Positions 36,074-46,312 of a stretch of 64,000 bases of DNA are shown here, piece by piece. Below the pieces are notes generated by a model. The model was not told where the DNA came from. It saw only the letters and a program-made list of their open reading frames with translations, and searched no databases. Numbering within the stretch: position 1 is the stretch's first letter; each line of letters starts with the position of its first letter. The stretch spans positions 3,995 to 67,994 of the forward strand of contig JAFRNW010000011.1 in the NCBI GenBank assembly GCA_017429985.1, written 5' to 3'. The DNA is from Clostridia bacterium (lineage in GTDB: Bacteria; Bacillota; Clostridia; Christensenellales; CAG-138). The translations under genes and the position numbers were made by a program.

Positions 36074-37258
36074 ATGGAAAAACGCCCCGCGGACAACCGA
36101 ATCGTACTGCCGCTTCTCCTTGTGACCGTGCTCACGATGTTTCTTCTGCTGCACGATCTGTTCGGCGGCACGCTTCTGAAAGCCACCGACTACAACAGCT
36201 ATACGCTCCAGGCGATGGCATGGCGCAGCGGCAGCTTCGGCCTCGGCAAGGACTACCCCTGGCTGGAACTGGCGGTCTACCGCGGCGACTGGTATGTATC
36301 CTTCCCCCCCGTCCCGACGCTCGTCATGCTCCCTCTGACGTTCCTGTTCGGAACAGGAACGCCCGACAATCTCGTGATGCTCGGGTACGCGCTCCTGATG
36401 GTGCTTGCCGCCTATTATTCCGTGCGCAGGATCGGCGCGAGCGAACGCGCCAGCGCTTTCTGGGCGATGTTCGTCGCCCTCGGGAGCAATATGCTCTGGA
36501 TGTGTACGGACGGAGCGGTCTGGTTCATGGCGCAGGCGCTCAACATGGTGCTCTGTCTGTACGCGATCTTCTGCGCCGTCAGCAGAAGGCGGGTCTTGTC
36601 CCTGATCTTTACCGCCCTCGCGGTCGGGTGCCGGCCGTTCTCGATCCTTCTCTTCCTGCCCCTTCTCGCGCTGTTCATCGAAGAGGATATCGTTGAAAAG
36701 GGCATGTCCCCGAAAGCCGCCGTGCTATCCCAGTGGAAAGTGCTGATCGGTCCCGCACTGATCGGGCTTTGCTACATGATCTTCAATTATGCCCGTTTCC
36801 GCAACCCGTTTGAATTCGGTCATTCCTTCCTCCCGGAATTCAACCGCGGCGAGCCGCAGTTTTCCGTGTCCTTCATCCTGCGAAATCTTCCGAACATCTT
36901 CCGGCCCGTGATGCTCAGAAAGAATCTTTCTCTTTCTTACAGCATCTACGACGGTTTCCTGTTCTTCGTCGCGAACCCGTTTTTTGTCATTCTGTTCACC
37001 CGTCTGAAAAAGCTGCGTCCGTACCAGTGGGTTGCGCTTGCCGCCATGGTTGTGAATCTTGTGCTGCTTCTGATGCACCGCACGTTCGGCGGCTGGCAGT
37101 TCGGCGCGCGCTATACGGTGGACCTGCTTTCCTACGCGTTCCTGATCTGTCTCCCCGGTTTGAAAAAAACACCGAGGAACTGGGAACTGTTCCTGGGTGT
37201 TTTTGCCATTCTGTTTAATCTGTACGGGGCGGTCGCCATGCATTTTCTGCACGGCTGA
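36074..37258 (+). CDS. Polytopic membrane protein, putative GT-C-fold glycosyltransferase
   Basis: About 10 TM helices, with an ArnT/PMT-like periplasmic-loop pattern near the N-terminus (..DYNSYTLQAMAW..). Assignment is tentative. Confidence 0.45.
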   Translation: MEKRPADNRIVLPLLLVTVLTMFLLLHDLFGGTLLKATDYNSYTLQAMAWRSGSFGLGKDYPWLELAVYRGDWYVSFPPVPTLVMLPLTFLFGTGTPDNLVMLGYALLMVLAAYYSVRRIGASERASAFWAMFVALGSNMLWMCTDGAVWFMAQALNMVLCLYAIFCAVSRRRVLSLIFTALAVGCRPFSILLFLPLLALFIEEDIVEKGMSPKAAVLSQWKVLIGPALIGLCYMIFNYARFRNPFEFGHSFLPEFNRGEPQFSVSFILRNLPNIFRPVMLRKNLSLSYSIYDGFLFFVANPFFVILFTRLKKLRPYQWVALAAMVVNLVLLLMHRTFGGWQFGARYTVDLLSYAFLICLPGLKKTPRNWELFLGVFAILFNLYGAVAMHFLHG

Positions 37259-37272
37259 CCGTCTTCCGCCCG

Positions 37273-39207
37273 TCAGTCAAGTTCTTTCTTTCCGGTATAC
37301 AGCTCATAATACCTGCCCTTCTGGCTGAGAAGGTCTTCGTGGCTGCCGCGCTCGATGATTTCGCCGTGCTCCAGCACCATGATGGCGTTGGAATTGCGGA
37401 CGGTCGAAAGCCGGTGCGCGATGACGAATGTCGTGCGGTCCTTCATGAGCCTGTCCATGCCCCGCTCGATGGCGCGTTCGGTACGGGTATCCACGGAGGA
37501 AGTCGCCTCGTCCAGAACAAGGATCGGCGCCCTGGAAAGGGCTGCCCTCGCGATATTGATCAGCTGCCGCTGCCCCTGGGAAAGATTTGCACCGTCCCCT
37601 TCCAGTCTGGTCTGATAGCCGTGCTCGAGCCTCCGGATAAAGTGATCCGCCGAAGCGGTCCTTGCCGCCGCGATGACTTCCTCGTCCGTCGCGTCCAGCC
37701 TCCCGTAGCGGATATTCTCCATCACCGTATCGGAGAACAGGTGCGTGTCCTGCAGCACCATCGTGATATTCCTGCGGAGCACGTCGCGCCGGATGTCCAT
37801 GATATCCACGCCGTCGATCGTGATATGCCCCTCCTGCACGTCATAGAAGCGGTTCAGAAGGTTGGTCACCGTGGTCTTCCCCGCGCCGGTGGAACCGACG
37901 AACGCGATCTTCTGCCCCGGGTGCGCGTAGAGGCTGATGTGCTTGAGGACGAGCCGGTCCGGATCGTATCCGAACGAAACATCGTCCAGCCGGACGTCTC
38001 CCCGCATGCCGGGCATCTCGGACGCGCCTTCCCGGTCGGGCTCCTCCGGCTTCGTGTCCATGACTTCAAACACGCGCTCCGCGCCGGCAAGCGCGGCAAA
38101 AATCGTCGCCATCTGCTGGGAGACCTGCGTGATCGGCATGCTGAACTGCCGGGAATAGTTCGCGAATACCGTCAAACCGCCCGGGGTCATGGAACCGAGC
38201 ACCATCAGGATTCCCCCGATGCCGACGGTGACCGCGTAGTTGACCTGGGAGGTGTTTCCCATGATGGGGCCCATGATTCCGCCCCAGAAGTTCGCCTTGA
38301 ACTGCGTGACACGCATGTCATCGTTCAGCAGATTGAATTCCGCTTCGCACTCGTCCTCATGGTTGAACACCTTGACGACCTTCTGCCCCGTAACGGTTTC
38401 CTCCATGTAACCGTTCACGGCTCCGAGCGCAGCCTGCTGGCTTGCGTAATACTTCCTCGCGAACCGGCTGATGGCCATCCCGCCGAAGCCGAAAACCGGA
38501 ATGAACGCGACGGTGATCAGCGTCAGGATCCAGCTTGTCGAGATCATGAAGACCAGCGTTCCGAGCAGGGTGACCGCCCCGGAAATGATCGACGTCAGGG
38601 AATTGTTGACCATCATGTCGATCGTGTCGATGTCGTTGGAAAACCGGCTCATGATCTCTCCGGTCGGCTTGGAATCGAAGTACCTGAGCGGGAGCCTCTC
38701 CAGTTTCCGGAACAGATCGTTGCGCATCTTTTCCAGCACGTTCTGCGTAATGCCGACCATGAGCCTGCTCTGGAGGTAGGCCGTCACGATGCCGACCCCG
38801 TACACGCACGCAAGGATCACCACCGCTGTCAGTACGTACTGCATGACGTCTCCCGCTCCGTGCAGAAGGGAACGGATGACATGATCGGCAGCCGCCTCGA
38901 CGGAGGACATCTCGATCACGGCGTCCGGCTTGACCGCGACGGCAAGCCGGTCGATGATCGGCGCCAGCATGTAGGAACCGATCAGGGAGGTGACCGTATG
39001 GATCAGCATGCAGGCGAGAACGACGGCAAACCGTATGCGGTAAGGTTTCATATAGGACAGAAGCCTGAAAACGGTTTTGCGCATGTCCTTCGGCTTTCCG
39101 GACAGACCGAGACCGCGACTCCCGGGTCCGCCGCCCTGCGGCTGCTGTCCGGGTTTTCCGGCAGCGCTGTTGTACTGTGCGCGGAGGCGTTCGAGTGATC
39201 TTACCAT
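37273..39207 (-). CDS. ABC exporter, fused permease/ATPase (heterodimer partner B)
   Basis: Walker A GSTGAGKTT, signature LSQGQRQ, Walker B ILVLDEATS. The start at 39207 lies 1 nt after the upstream stop codon. Confidence 0.9.
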   Translation of the reverse strand: MVRSLERLRAQYNSAAGKPGQQPQGGGPGSRGLGLSGKPKDMRKTVFRLLSYMKPYRIRFAVVLACMLIHTVTSLIGSYMLAPIIDRLAVAVKPDAVIEMSSVEAAADHVIRSLLHGAGDVMQYVLTAVVILACVYGVGIVTAYLQSRLMVGITQNVLEKMRNDLFRKLERLPLRYFDSKPTGEIMSRFSNDIDTIDMMVNNSLTSIISGAVTLLGTLVFMISTSWILTLITVAFIPVFGFGGMAISRFARKYYASQQAALGAVNGYMEETVTGQKVVKVFNHEDECEAEFNLLNDDMRVTQFKANFWGGIMGPIMGNTSQVNYAVTVGIGGILMVLGSMTPGGLTVFANYSRQFSMPITQVSQQMATIFAALAGAERVFEVMDTKPEEPDREGASEMPGMRGDVRLDDVSFGYDPDRLVLKHISLYAHPGQKIAFVGSTGAGKTTVTNLLNRFYDVQEGHITIDGVDIMDIRRDVLRRNITMVLQDTHLFSDTVMENIRYGRLDATDEEVIAAARTASADHFIRRLEHGYQTRLEGDGANLSQGQRQLINIARAALSRAPILVLDEATSSVDTRTERAIERGMDRLMKDRTTFVIAHRLSTVRNSNAIMVLEHGEIIERGSHEDLLSQKGRYYELYTGKKELD

Positions 39208-39208
39208 A

Positions 39209-40942
39209 TCAGACCGCCTCCTTTCCGGACTGCGACTCATAGATCTCGCGGTATTCCGTATTCGTTTTGAGCAGTTCCTCGTGGGTGCCGATTCCCGTGA
39301 TCTCACCTTCATTCAGCACGATGATCTCATCCGCGTCCATGACGGACGAGATGCGCTGCGCGATGATGATCTTGGTAGACCCCTTCAGGCTTCCGCGGAA
39401 CGCCTTGCGGATCTCGGATTCCGTCGCCGTATCCACCGCGCTCGTCGAGTCGTCCAGGATCAGGATCTTCGGCTTCTTCAGAAGCGCGCGCGCAATGCAG
39501 AGGCGCTGTTTCTGACCGCCGGACACGTTCGTCCCGCCCTGGTCGATCATTGTGCCGTAACCGTCCGGGAAGGAACTGACAAAGGAATCCGCCTGCGCGT
39601 ATTCGGCGATCGTGCGGATCTCCTCCTCGGTCGCCTCGGCGTCGCCCCAGCGCAGGTTTTCCTCAATGGTTCCGGAAAACAGCGTGTTTTTCTGCAGCAC
39701 CATGCCGATCCCGTCGCGCAGGTTCACAAGCGCATAGTCTTTCACGTTCACGCCGTCCACGAGCACTTCCCCTTCATCCGCGTCATACAGGCGCGGGATC
39801 ATGGAAACAAGCGTGCTCTTGCCGCTGCCGGTCGATCCGATGATCCCGACCGTCGAACCCGCCGGGATCTTCAGGCTGATGCCGTTCAGAACCTTTTCTT
39901 CGCTTTCCTTGTAATAACGGAACGAAACGTTCCGGAACTCGATTTCCCCGCGCTCCACGAGCCGGTCCGGCTCGGCGGCGTCTTCGTCCGACAGATCGAT
40001 CGGCTCGTTCAGCACTTCCCTGATCCGGTCCGCCGCCGAGTTGGCGTTGGACGCGATCATCAGAATGAACGATACCATGACGAGCGACACCAGGATCTGC
40101 GTCACGTAGGTGATAAACGCGGAAAGATCCCCGATCTCCATCCCGTTCGAAAGCACGATCCTTCCGCCGATCAGGACGACCGCCAGAACCGTCAGATTCA
40201 TCAGGAGCGTCATGACGGGCTGCATGAGGATCACGACGCGGAACGCGCTCAGCCCGGCCTCCTTCAGATCCGCGTTGACCTTCCGGAATCCCTTTTCGCT
40301 GTATTCCTCCCGCACGAAACTCTTCACGACGCGGATATTGGTCACGTTCTCCTGCACAAACGTGTTCAGCGCGTCGACCCGTTTGCGCATGTTGCGGAAT
40401 CTGGGATGCGCGGTCCGGATGATGCACCCGACGATCACGGCAAGGACCGGGATGCTGACCGCGAATACCGTGGAGAGCTCAGGCTTGATGCTGACCGCCA
40501 TGATGAGCGCGGCGATCATCATGCCCGGGGCGCGGAGCGCCATCCTCAGGAGCATGTTCACGAAATTCTGGATCTGCGTGACATCGTTCGTCAGCCTTGT
40601 GACCAGGGAACCCGTGGAAAACTTGTCAATGTTCGCAAACGAATACGCCTGCACGCGCTTGTACATGTCCGCGCGCAGATCCGCGCCGAAGTTCACCGAC
40701 GCCTTCGATCCGAAGTACGCGCCACCGATCCCGCCTGCCATCATGACAAGCGCCGTCGCGATCATTTCCGCCATGATTTTGAGACTGGTACCCGATGTCA
40801 GGGTCCCAGCGTTCGCGCTGTTGATCACGACGGACAGCAGTCTCGGCATGATCACCTCTCCGATGACCTCCACGATCATGCAGAGCGGCCCCAGAATAAA
40901 ATAGGGCAGGTACGGTCTGATATATTTAAACCATTTCTTCAA
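39209..40942 (-). CDS. ABC exporter, fused permease/ATPase (heterodimer partner A)
   Basis: Walker A GSTGSGKST, signature VSGGQKQ, Walker B ILILDDSTS. Confidence 0.9.
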   Translation of the reverse strand: MKKWFKYIRPYLPYFILGPLCMIVEVIGEVIMPRLLSVVINSANAGTLTSGTSLKIMAEMIATALVMMAGGIGGAYFGSKASVNFGADLRADMYKRVQAYSFANIDKFSTGSLVTRLTNDVTQIQNFVNMLLRMALRAPGMMIAALIMAVSIKPELSTVFAVSIPVLAVIVGCIIRTAHPRFRNMRKRVDALNTFVQENVTNIRVVKSFVREEYSEKGFRKVNADLKEAGLSAFRVVILMQPVMTLLMNLTVLAVVLIGGRIVLSNGMEIGDLSAFITYVTQILVSLVMVSFILMIASNANSAADRIREVLNEPIDLSDEDAAEPDRLVERGEIEFRNVSFRYYKESEEKVLNGISLKIPAGSTVGIIGSTGSGKSTLVSMIPRLYDADEGEVLVDGVNVKDYALVNLRDGIGMVLQKNTLFSGTIEENLRWGDAEATEEEIRTIAEYAQADSFVSSFPDGYGTMIDQGGTNVSGGQKQRLCIARALLKKPKILILDDSTSAVDTATESEIRKAFRGSLKGSTKIIIAQRISSVMDADEIIVLNEGEITGIGTHEELLKTNTEYREIYESQSGKEAV

Positions 40943-41426
40943 CTTGCTCCGCCTCCTCCGTCCTTTCGGAAAGAGTTCCTTTCTGTGTATCCGGTCTGTA
41001 ATTCTCCAGATTCCTCTTGATTTTTTCCATGCATGCCCGCATGACGTCCAGTTCCTCTTCCGGGATCCCCTTCAGTGCGGCATGTCCCACGGCTTCAAAC
41101 AGCTTTTTCGTCTTTTCCACCATGCAGCTGCCCTTTTCCGTCAGCCGGATCTCCTTGACCCTGGCGTTTCCCTTCCTCGGGGTGCGCAGGATCAGACCGG
41201 ACTGCTCCATCTTCTTGAGCGATACGGCAACCGCTGCGCTGCTGACCTCGAACAGCTCCGCGATCTCGGTCTGCGTCGGCGGCTTGTCGCACTGCGAAAC
41301 GCACATCAGGATCATATGCTGCGTCCTGTGCACGCCGAGCCTGTCCACCTGTCCCTCTATGATCATTCTGTGGCAGCGGTCCGTCTGCATCATCAGCGGC
41401 ATGATCGTTTCTGCGGCATGATCCAC
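40926..41426 (-). CDS. MarR-family transcriptional regulator
   Basis: ..LGVHRTQHMILMCVSQCDKPPTQTEIAELFEVSSAAVAVSLKKMEQSGLI... It overlaps the ABC operon start. Confidence 0.85.
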   Translation of the reverse strand: MDHAAETIMPLMMQTDRCHRMIIEGQVDRLGVHRTQHMILMCVSQCDKPPTQTEIAELFEVSSAAVAVSLKKMEQSGLILRTPRKGNARVKEIRLTEKGSCMVEKTKKLFEAVGHAALKGIPEEELDVMRACMEKIKRNLENYRPDTQKGTLSERTEEAEQVEEMV

Positions 41427-41677
41427 TGTCTGTTCATTTTCCTTTCGTTCCGAATAGTTAACATGTTAATTATACTCGCTCCCGGACGTCTGTCAACCGG
41501 AAGGCGGCATGTTCGGAATCATGACAAAACTGTGATACTTTGCATCAGAGGTTGAACGGCTGTTTCCGGCATGATACAATATCGTATACATTTTCCCCCG
41601 GAGGAAACCTTCCGGGTGTTTCCTCCCGCACAACCGGCAGCATTCCATTCCAAATCATCGAACAGAAAGGAACCATC

Positions 41678-42415
41678 ATGAAACAGAGACGCGTCTTCCT
41701 TGCAGTTGTATTATCCGTTCTGATTCTATCCTGCAGCATTTTCCCCTGCCTTGCGGAGGGCACCGACCCCGCCGCGGAACCCCCTGCCGCCGACAACGGA
41801 TCGCAGCTTGCGGCCTTTTTCAAAACACTGGACGCCGACGCCGGCTTCCATATGCGCTATGAGATGGAGATCATGGGCTATAATTCCATCTATGACGATC
41901 AGGCCAAAGGCGATTACTTCTATGAGCGGAACTATATCGAGCAGCTTGGTTCCTCTGACAGCGACAGTCTGAAGGTCTATCGGGACGGAAAGATGTACAC
42001 CATGAGGAAATCCGACATGTCCGGTATCTATATGGACGTTCCCGAAATCGAGGATTTCCATTATTACGGCGCATTGTTCTGCACCATCTATCAGAGCTGT
42101 TTCGGCCATATTCAGGACCCTGCATATGAAAAGATCGAATATACCGTTGGCGAGACGACCTTCAACGCGGAAAAATACCTTGCCCAGTCCGAATACGGAG
42201 TCGACCAGATCTTCTGTTTTGATGAAAACGGTTCTCTTGCTTATATGATCAACTGCGCCAACGAATCCCTGAGCCTGGGCGAGTACATCTATAAGATCGA
42301 TGCAATCGACGACGTGGTGGACGAGACCCTGTTCGATATCTCGGGATATGAGTTCACCGACTACAAGACCGCTCTGGAAGAGGCAACGGCCGCGCTGGAA
42401 AAACTGGCGGGCTGA
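41678..42415 (+). CDS. Hypothetical secreted protein
   Basis: Signal peptide MKQRRVFLAVVLSVLILSCSIFPCLAEG. No family recognised. Confidence 0.55.
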   Translation: MKQRRVFLAVVLSVLILSCSIFPCLAEGTDPAAEPPAADNGSQLAAFFKTLDADAGFHMRYEMEIMGYNSIYDDQAKGDYFYERNYIEQLGSSDSDSLKVYRDGKMYTMRKSDMSGIYMDVPEIEDFHYYGALFCTIYQSCFGHIQDPAYEKIEYTVGETTFNAEKYLAQSEYGVDQIFCFDENGSLAYMINCANESLSLGEYIYKIDAIDDVVDETLFDISGYEFTDYKTALEEATAALEKLAG

Positions 42416-42570
42416 TCAGAATCCATTCTGTCGGAGATCATACATACGGGGACCGCGCCAATGCAGAGCACGGTCTCTTTTTTATGGGGGCAGCCGCTGA
42501 AAATGACGCGGGCGCTTCCTGCTGCATCCCGCTTTTTCAGATTCCGCTTCTTCCTCCCCGGTCTTTTTTC

Positions 42571-42615
42571 GCCAAAGAAAACAGGAACCGCACTTCCGAT
42601 TCCGTGCGGTTCCTG
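42571..42615 (-). terminator. Rho-independent terminator after the PLP enzyme gene
   Basis: 12-bp stem CAGGAACCGCAC/GTGCGGTTCCTG followed on the minus strand by UUUUCUUU. Confidence 0.75.
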
Positions 42616-42689
42616 ATACAGATCAGATCATCTTCCGTTTTCTTCTTCAGCGTTTGATCGGCATTGGACCAAACCGCGGAAGCGTCGGC

Positions 42690-44162
42690 TTACAGATTCT
42701 TCAGCAGGCCGGTCTCTTCGTTGAACTCGTTGATGAGCTCGTCGATCGCGTCTGCCTGGGCATGCATGTCGGTCCAATAATGCTCGTCATACCACTGCTT
42801 GTTGATCTCTTCGTAGGTCTTGCCCTGCTGCTCGACCCAGGTGTAGTACTTGAGGTTGTGAACGCGCTTGCGGTCCGCGTACGTGAGCTCCTGCATCGTA
42901 TCCGGACGGATGCCGTGGAGATGCTCCGCATAGTCGGCAGCCGCAGGGGCTTCGCCGTATGCGCCGTACTGCTCTTCGAGTTCCTTGATACGGCTCTGAT
43001 ACATGTCGGAGGAGTCCGTGCCGACCGTCGCGACGACGTCATGCTCGGTGAGCTCGTAGTACTTGGCCATCTTGATGCAGCAGAGGAGGTTCGCGATGCC
43101 GGAGATGCCGAGAAGCGGGAGCTTCGCGACGAAATCGGCAGGTACGCCGACCTTCTCGATCAGGTACTTGTGGCCTTCCGGATCATTGAAGAGCCGGAGC
43201 AGGCGCTGGCTGTCTTCGTCGTCAATATCGATCACCATGTCGGTGTTCTTGACGTTGTGGATCCACGGCACGTGCTTGTCGCCGATTCCTTCGATGCGGT
43301 GTCCGCCGAATCCGTTCCAGAGGAGCGTCGGGCACTGGAGCGCTTCGCAGACGGCCAGTTTGGAGGTCGGATACTGTTCCTTCAGGTAGTCGCCTGCGCT
43401 CATCGTGCCGGCGGAACCGGAAGTGAAGCATGCGCCCGCAAAACGGTCGCCGTCGCGCTTGATCTGGTTGAACGCATCCTGAATCGCCTTACCGGTCACC
43501 TGATAATGCCATACGCAGTTGCCGAACTCTTCGAACTGGTTGAAGATCATGACATCCTTGCGGGTCGCGCGGAGTTCATGGACCTTGTCGAAGATCTCCT
43601 TCACGTTGCTCTCGCAGCCGGGGGTCGCAATGACTTCACCCGCAATTTTGGACAGCCAATCAAAACGTTCCTTGCTCATCTCGGCAGGAAGGATCGCGAT
43701 GGAATCGCAGGCGAGAAGTTTGGAGTTGAATGCACCGCCGCGGCAGTAGTTTCCAGTGGAGGGCCATACCGCTTTATGGTAGGTCGGATCGAACTGTCCC
43801 GTTACAAGGCGGGGAACCAGGCATCCGAACGAAGCGCCGACCTTATGGCAGCCGGTCGGGAACCATTTGCCGGTCAGAATGATGATGCGGGCTTTGACTC
43901 CGGTCAGTGCGGAAGGAACTTCGATGAAATTGACATCACCGAACGTGCCGCCGCTGGGCTTCGGCTCGTTGCGCCAGGAGATACGGAAAAGGTTCAGAGG
44001 ATTCAGGTCCCAGAGGCCGACATCCTTCAGCTTGTCCTTAATCTTGTCGGGAATCAGATCCGGATTGCGCATCTGAGCGAAAGTAGGAATGATAATGCCT
44101 CTCTCACGCGCGCGAACAACCGTACGCTCGAGATTGTCACGGTTCATGGTAAGATCGATCAT
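42690..44162 (-). CDS. Fold-type II (Trp-synthase-beta-like) PLP-dependent enzyme, 490 aa, function unknown
   Basis: ..GKWFPTGCHKVGASFG.. lysine motif and ..FTSGSAGT.. phosphate-loop-like motif, plus a long helical C-terminal extension. Confidence 0.55.
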   Translation of the reverse strand: MIDLTMNRDNLERTVVRARERGIIIPTFAQMRNPDLIPDKIKDKLKDVGLWDLNPLNLFRISWRNEPKPSGGTFGDVNFIEVPSALTGVKARIIILTGKWFPTGCHKVGASFGCLVPRLVTGQFDPTYHKAVWPSTGNYCRGGAFNSKLLACDSIAILPAEMSKERFDWLSKIAGEVIATPGCESNVKEIFDKVHELRATRKDVMIFNQFEEFGNCVWHYQVTGKAIQDAFNQIKRDGDRFAGACFTSGSAGTMSAGDYLKEQYPTSKLAVCEALQCPTLLWNGFGGHRIEGIGDKHVPWIHNVKNTDMVIDIDDEDSQRLLRLFNDPEGHKYLIEKVGVPADFVAKLPLLGISGIANLLCCIKMAKYYELTEHDVVATVGTDSSDMYQSRIKELEEQYGAYGEAPAAADYAEHLHGIRPDTMQELTYADRKRVHNLKYYTWVEQQGKTYEEINKQWYDEHYWTDMHAQADAIDELINEFNEETGLLKNL

Positions 44163-44267
44163 ATTTTTTCTCCCGTTCTGTATAGTATTTTACGTATCAA
44201 GAATACACTATCCGCGGAATTGTTGTAAATACCAAATACCGCGTTTTCAAAAATTATTTTGGTGCAT

Positions 44268-45401
44268 CTAAAAAATTTTCTTATCCCTGTAGGCAAGCAG
44301 GAGATCCACGGATTCCCCGTAGCTGCGCACGCCGCTTTCCTGCGCGTTGTGCTTGAGATAGCTGTCATTCATCTGTGTCACCGTTTCCTCCGTCGGACCT
44401 TCGAACGCGTCCCAGTACGCGTTGTGCGCCCGGAAGTCGCGGATCACGGCGTCCGAATAATAGGCCCTTGCCTCCGTATACAGATCGGGATCCGCGCGGT
44501 AAAGCGCGTTCCCGCTCAGGATCAGTGCGTCCGCAAGCCCGGAGTAACGGATCTCCGGATCGGAGGAACAGATGCATGCCAGTATTCCGGTAAACTCGGC
44601 TTCGTTCTCGGACGCGATCCCGAGCTGGTGCGCCATTTCATGGGCGGCGGCAGCAGGGATCAGAAGCGGCATCTGGTCCACGTTGACGTTCGGCTCCGCG
44701 GTCAGTCCGATATAGATCCCGGAAATGCCCGCCCAGGAAAGCCCTTCCGACCAGGCGACGGGCTTCGCGTTCGTTACCTTGCCCGAAAAACACGGCTCCA
44801 GTTCCGACAGAACGGCATATGCCGCCGGCAGCGCCGAAAACTTTTCCCTGTATCCGCCCGTTTCGTAACGGAACACGCCGTTTTCATCCTCGGAAAGGCC
44901 TTCCCGTTCCTGCGAAGCCATCCTGGCAAGCTCCACCGTCAGATCGTAAAGTTCCTCCTTCGGGCGCGGCGCGACGGTGACCGCGAGCCTGTCCTGGAGC
45001 GGCGCGCGGAAATAGTTAAACCCCCATGTCACATAAAACAGGTTCCATACCGCGCCGGCAAGGATCACGAGCCGGACCAGCATCCGTACGAACCGGACCG
45101 GATCCGTCTTCTTCATCAGCAGCATGACGAACCGCGTCAGGATCCTGAGCGGAACGCCGATCACAAGCGCGTAAAGAATGACCTCCGCCAGCGAGAACGG
45201 GAGCCAGGAGGTCAGGGAACTGATCGCGTCCTTGATCTGCGGGTAAACGTTCAGCGCATAGGATTCGAACACAGCTTTCTTCCCTGCGCAGAGAGACGGA
45301 AGCAGCGCGCCGAGCGGAAGCAGCAGCATCCAGGGAAGGAGTCTGGTCACGGAAGACCAGTCCCGTATTCCGGATTCGGTTATTTCATCTTTCTGTTCCA
45401 T
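44268..45401 (-). CDS. DUF3810-like membrane zinc metalloprotease
   Basis: HEMAHQ (HExxH) with N-terminal TM helices. The start is taken at MEQKDEI. Confidence 0.6.
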   Translation of the reverse strand: MEQKDEITESGIRDWSSVTRLLPWMLLLPLGALLPSLCAGKKAVFESYALNVYPQIKDAISSLTSWLPFSLAEVILYALVIGVPLRILTRFVMLLMKKTDPVRFVRMLVRLVILAGAVWNLFYVTWGFNYFRAPLQDRLAVTVAPRPKEELYDLTVELARMASQEREGLSEDENGVFRYETGGYREKFSALPAAYAVLSELEPCFSGKVTNAKPVAWSEGLSWAGISGIYIGLTAEPNVNVDQMPLLIPAAAAHEMAHQLGIASENEAEFTGILACICSSDPEIRYSGLADALILSGNALYRADPDLYTEARAYYSDAVIRDFRAHNAYWDAFEGPTEETVTQMNDSYLKHNAQESGVRSYGESVDLLLAYRDKKIF

Positions 45402-45454
45402 ACGCGTCATTATACCATATGGAAAGAAAGCCGTGTTTGTGCTATGATTAGCCC

Positions 45455-46309
45455 ATGAAAAGCGGTCATGCATTCGCAAGCGTATCCAGCGCAACATATT
45501 TTCAGCGGATGGATCTTGAGGACATTGTTGCGGATCTCCCCGCGCACGGGATCTCCGACGCGGAGCTCTTTCTCAACTCGTTCTCCGAATATGAGCTCGA
45601 CTTCGTCCGTCTTCTCGCTGACCGCGCAGGGGAAGCAGGCCTCCGCGTTCACACCGTCCATCCCATGAGCATCCAGTTTGAACCGCAGCTGTTTTCGATC
45701 CACCCGAGACAGTACGGAGACGCGATGCGCCTTTATGAAAAAGTGCTGCAGGGTGCCGTCATCCTCGGCGCGGAACGATACGTCATGCACGGCCCCCCGT
45801 ATATCCGCGGCGTTCTGAAAAACGCGCAGTTCGACCGGGTGGCCGGTCTTCTCGGAGACTTTTCCGATATCGCGGCAGGATACGGCGTGACGCTCTGCCT
45901 GGAAAACGTCAGCTGGTGTCTGTTTCAGGATCCGGATTTCGGAAAAGCGCTTGCAGACCGCTTCGGCGACCGGCTCCATTACACACTGGATATCAAGCAG
46001 GCGTTCCGCAGCGGGTATACGCCGGATGATTACATCGACGCGGTGGGTCCCCTCATCCGCAACGTCCATCTATGTGATTACACGACTGACGCGTCCGGCC
46101 AGTACGTATGGAAACTGCCCGGACAGGGCTGCTATTCGTTTGAAGCGCTGTTTGAAAGGCTGCGCTCCATCGGATACAGCGGTCCGCTGACACTGGAGGG
46201 ATACAGCGATTCCTTCTCGGAAACGGACGAGATTTTCGAAAGCTACCGGTTCTTCAAAGCGATTGCAGACCGGATTTTTTCCACAGAATCAAATTTAGGA
46301 GGTAACTGA
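45455..46309 (+). CDS. Sugar phosphate isomerase/epimerase (xylose isomerase-like TIM barrel)
   Basis: ..AGLRVHTVHPM.., ..YVMHGP.., ..LCLENV.. pattern. Confidence 0.6.
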   Translation: MKSGHAFASVSSATYFQRMDLEDIVADLPAHGISDAELFLNSFSEYELDFVRLLADRAGEAGLRVHTVHPMSIQFEPQLFSIHPRQYGDAMRLYEKVLQGAVILGAERYVMHGPPYIRGVLKNAQFDRVAGLLGDFSDIAAGYGVTLCLENVSWCLFQDPDFGKALADRFGDRLHYTLDIKQAFRSGYTPDDYIDAVGPLIRNVHLCDYTTDASGQYVWKLPGQGCYSFEALFERLRSIGYSGPLTLEGYSDSFSETDEIFESYRFFKAIADRIFSTESNLGGN

Positions 46310-46312
46310 ACC

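Noticed and set aside
37339-41020. 619-aa and 647-aa plus-strand ORFs.
   Set aside because: They are antisense to the two ABC exporter genes, which have Walker A/B and signature motifs. Their composition is dominated by R, H, D, G and P.
42654-44228. 524-aa plus-strand ORF.
   Set aside because: It is antisense to the PLP enzyme gene, which has the better codon pattern, an RBS and a terminator.
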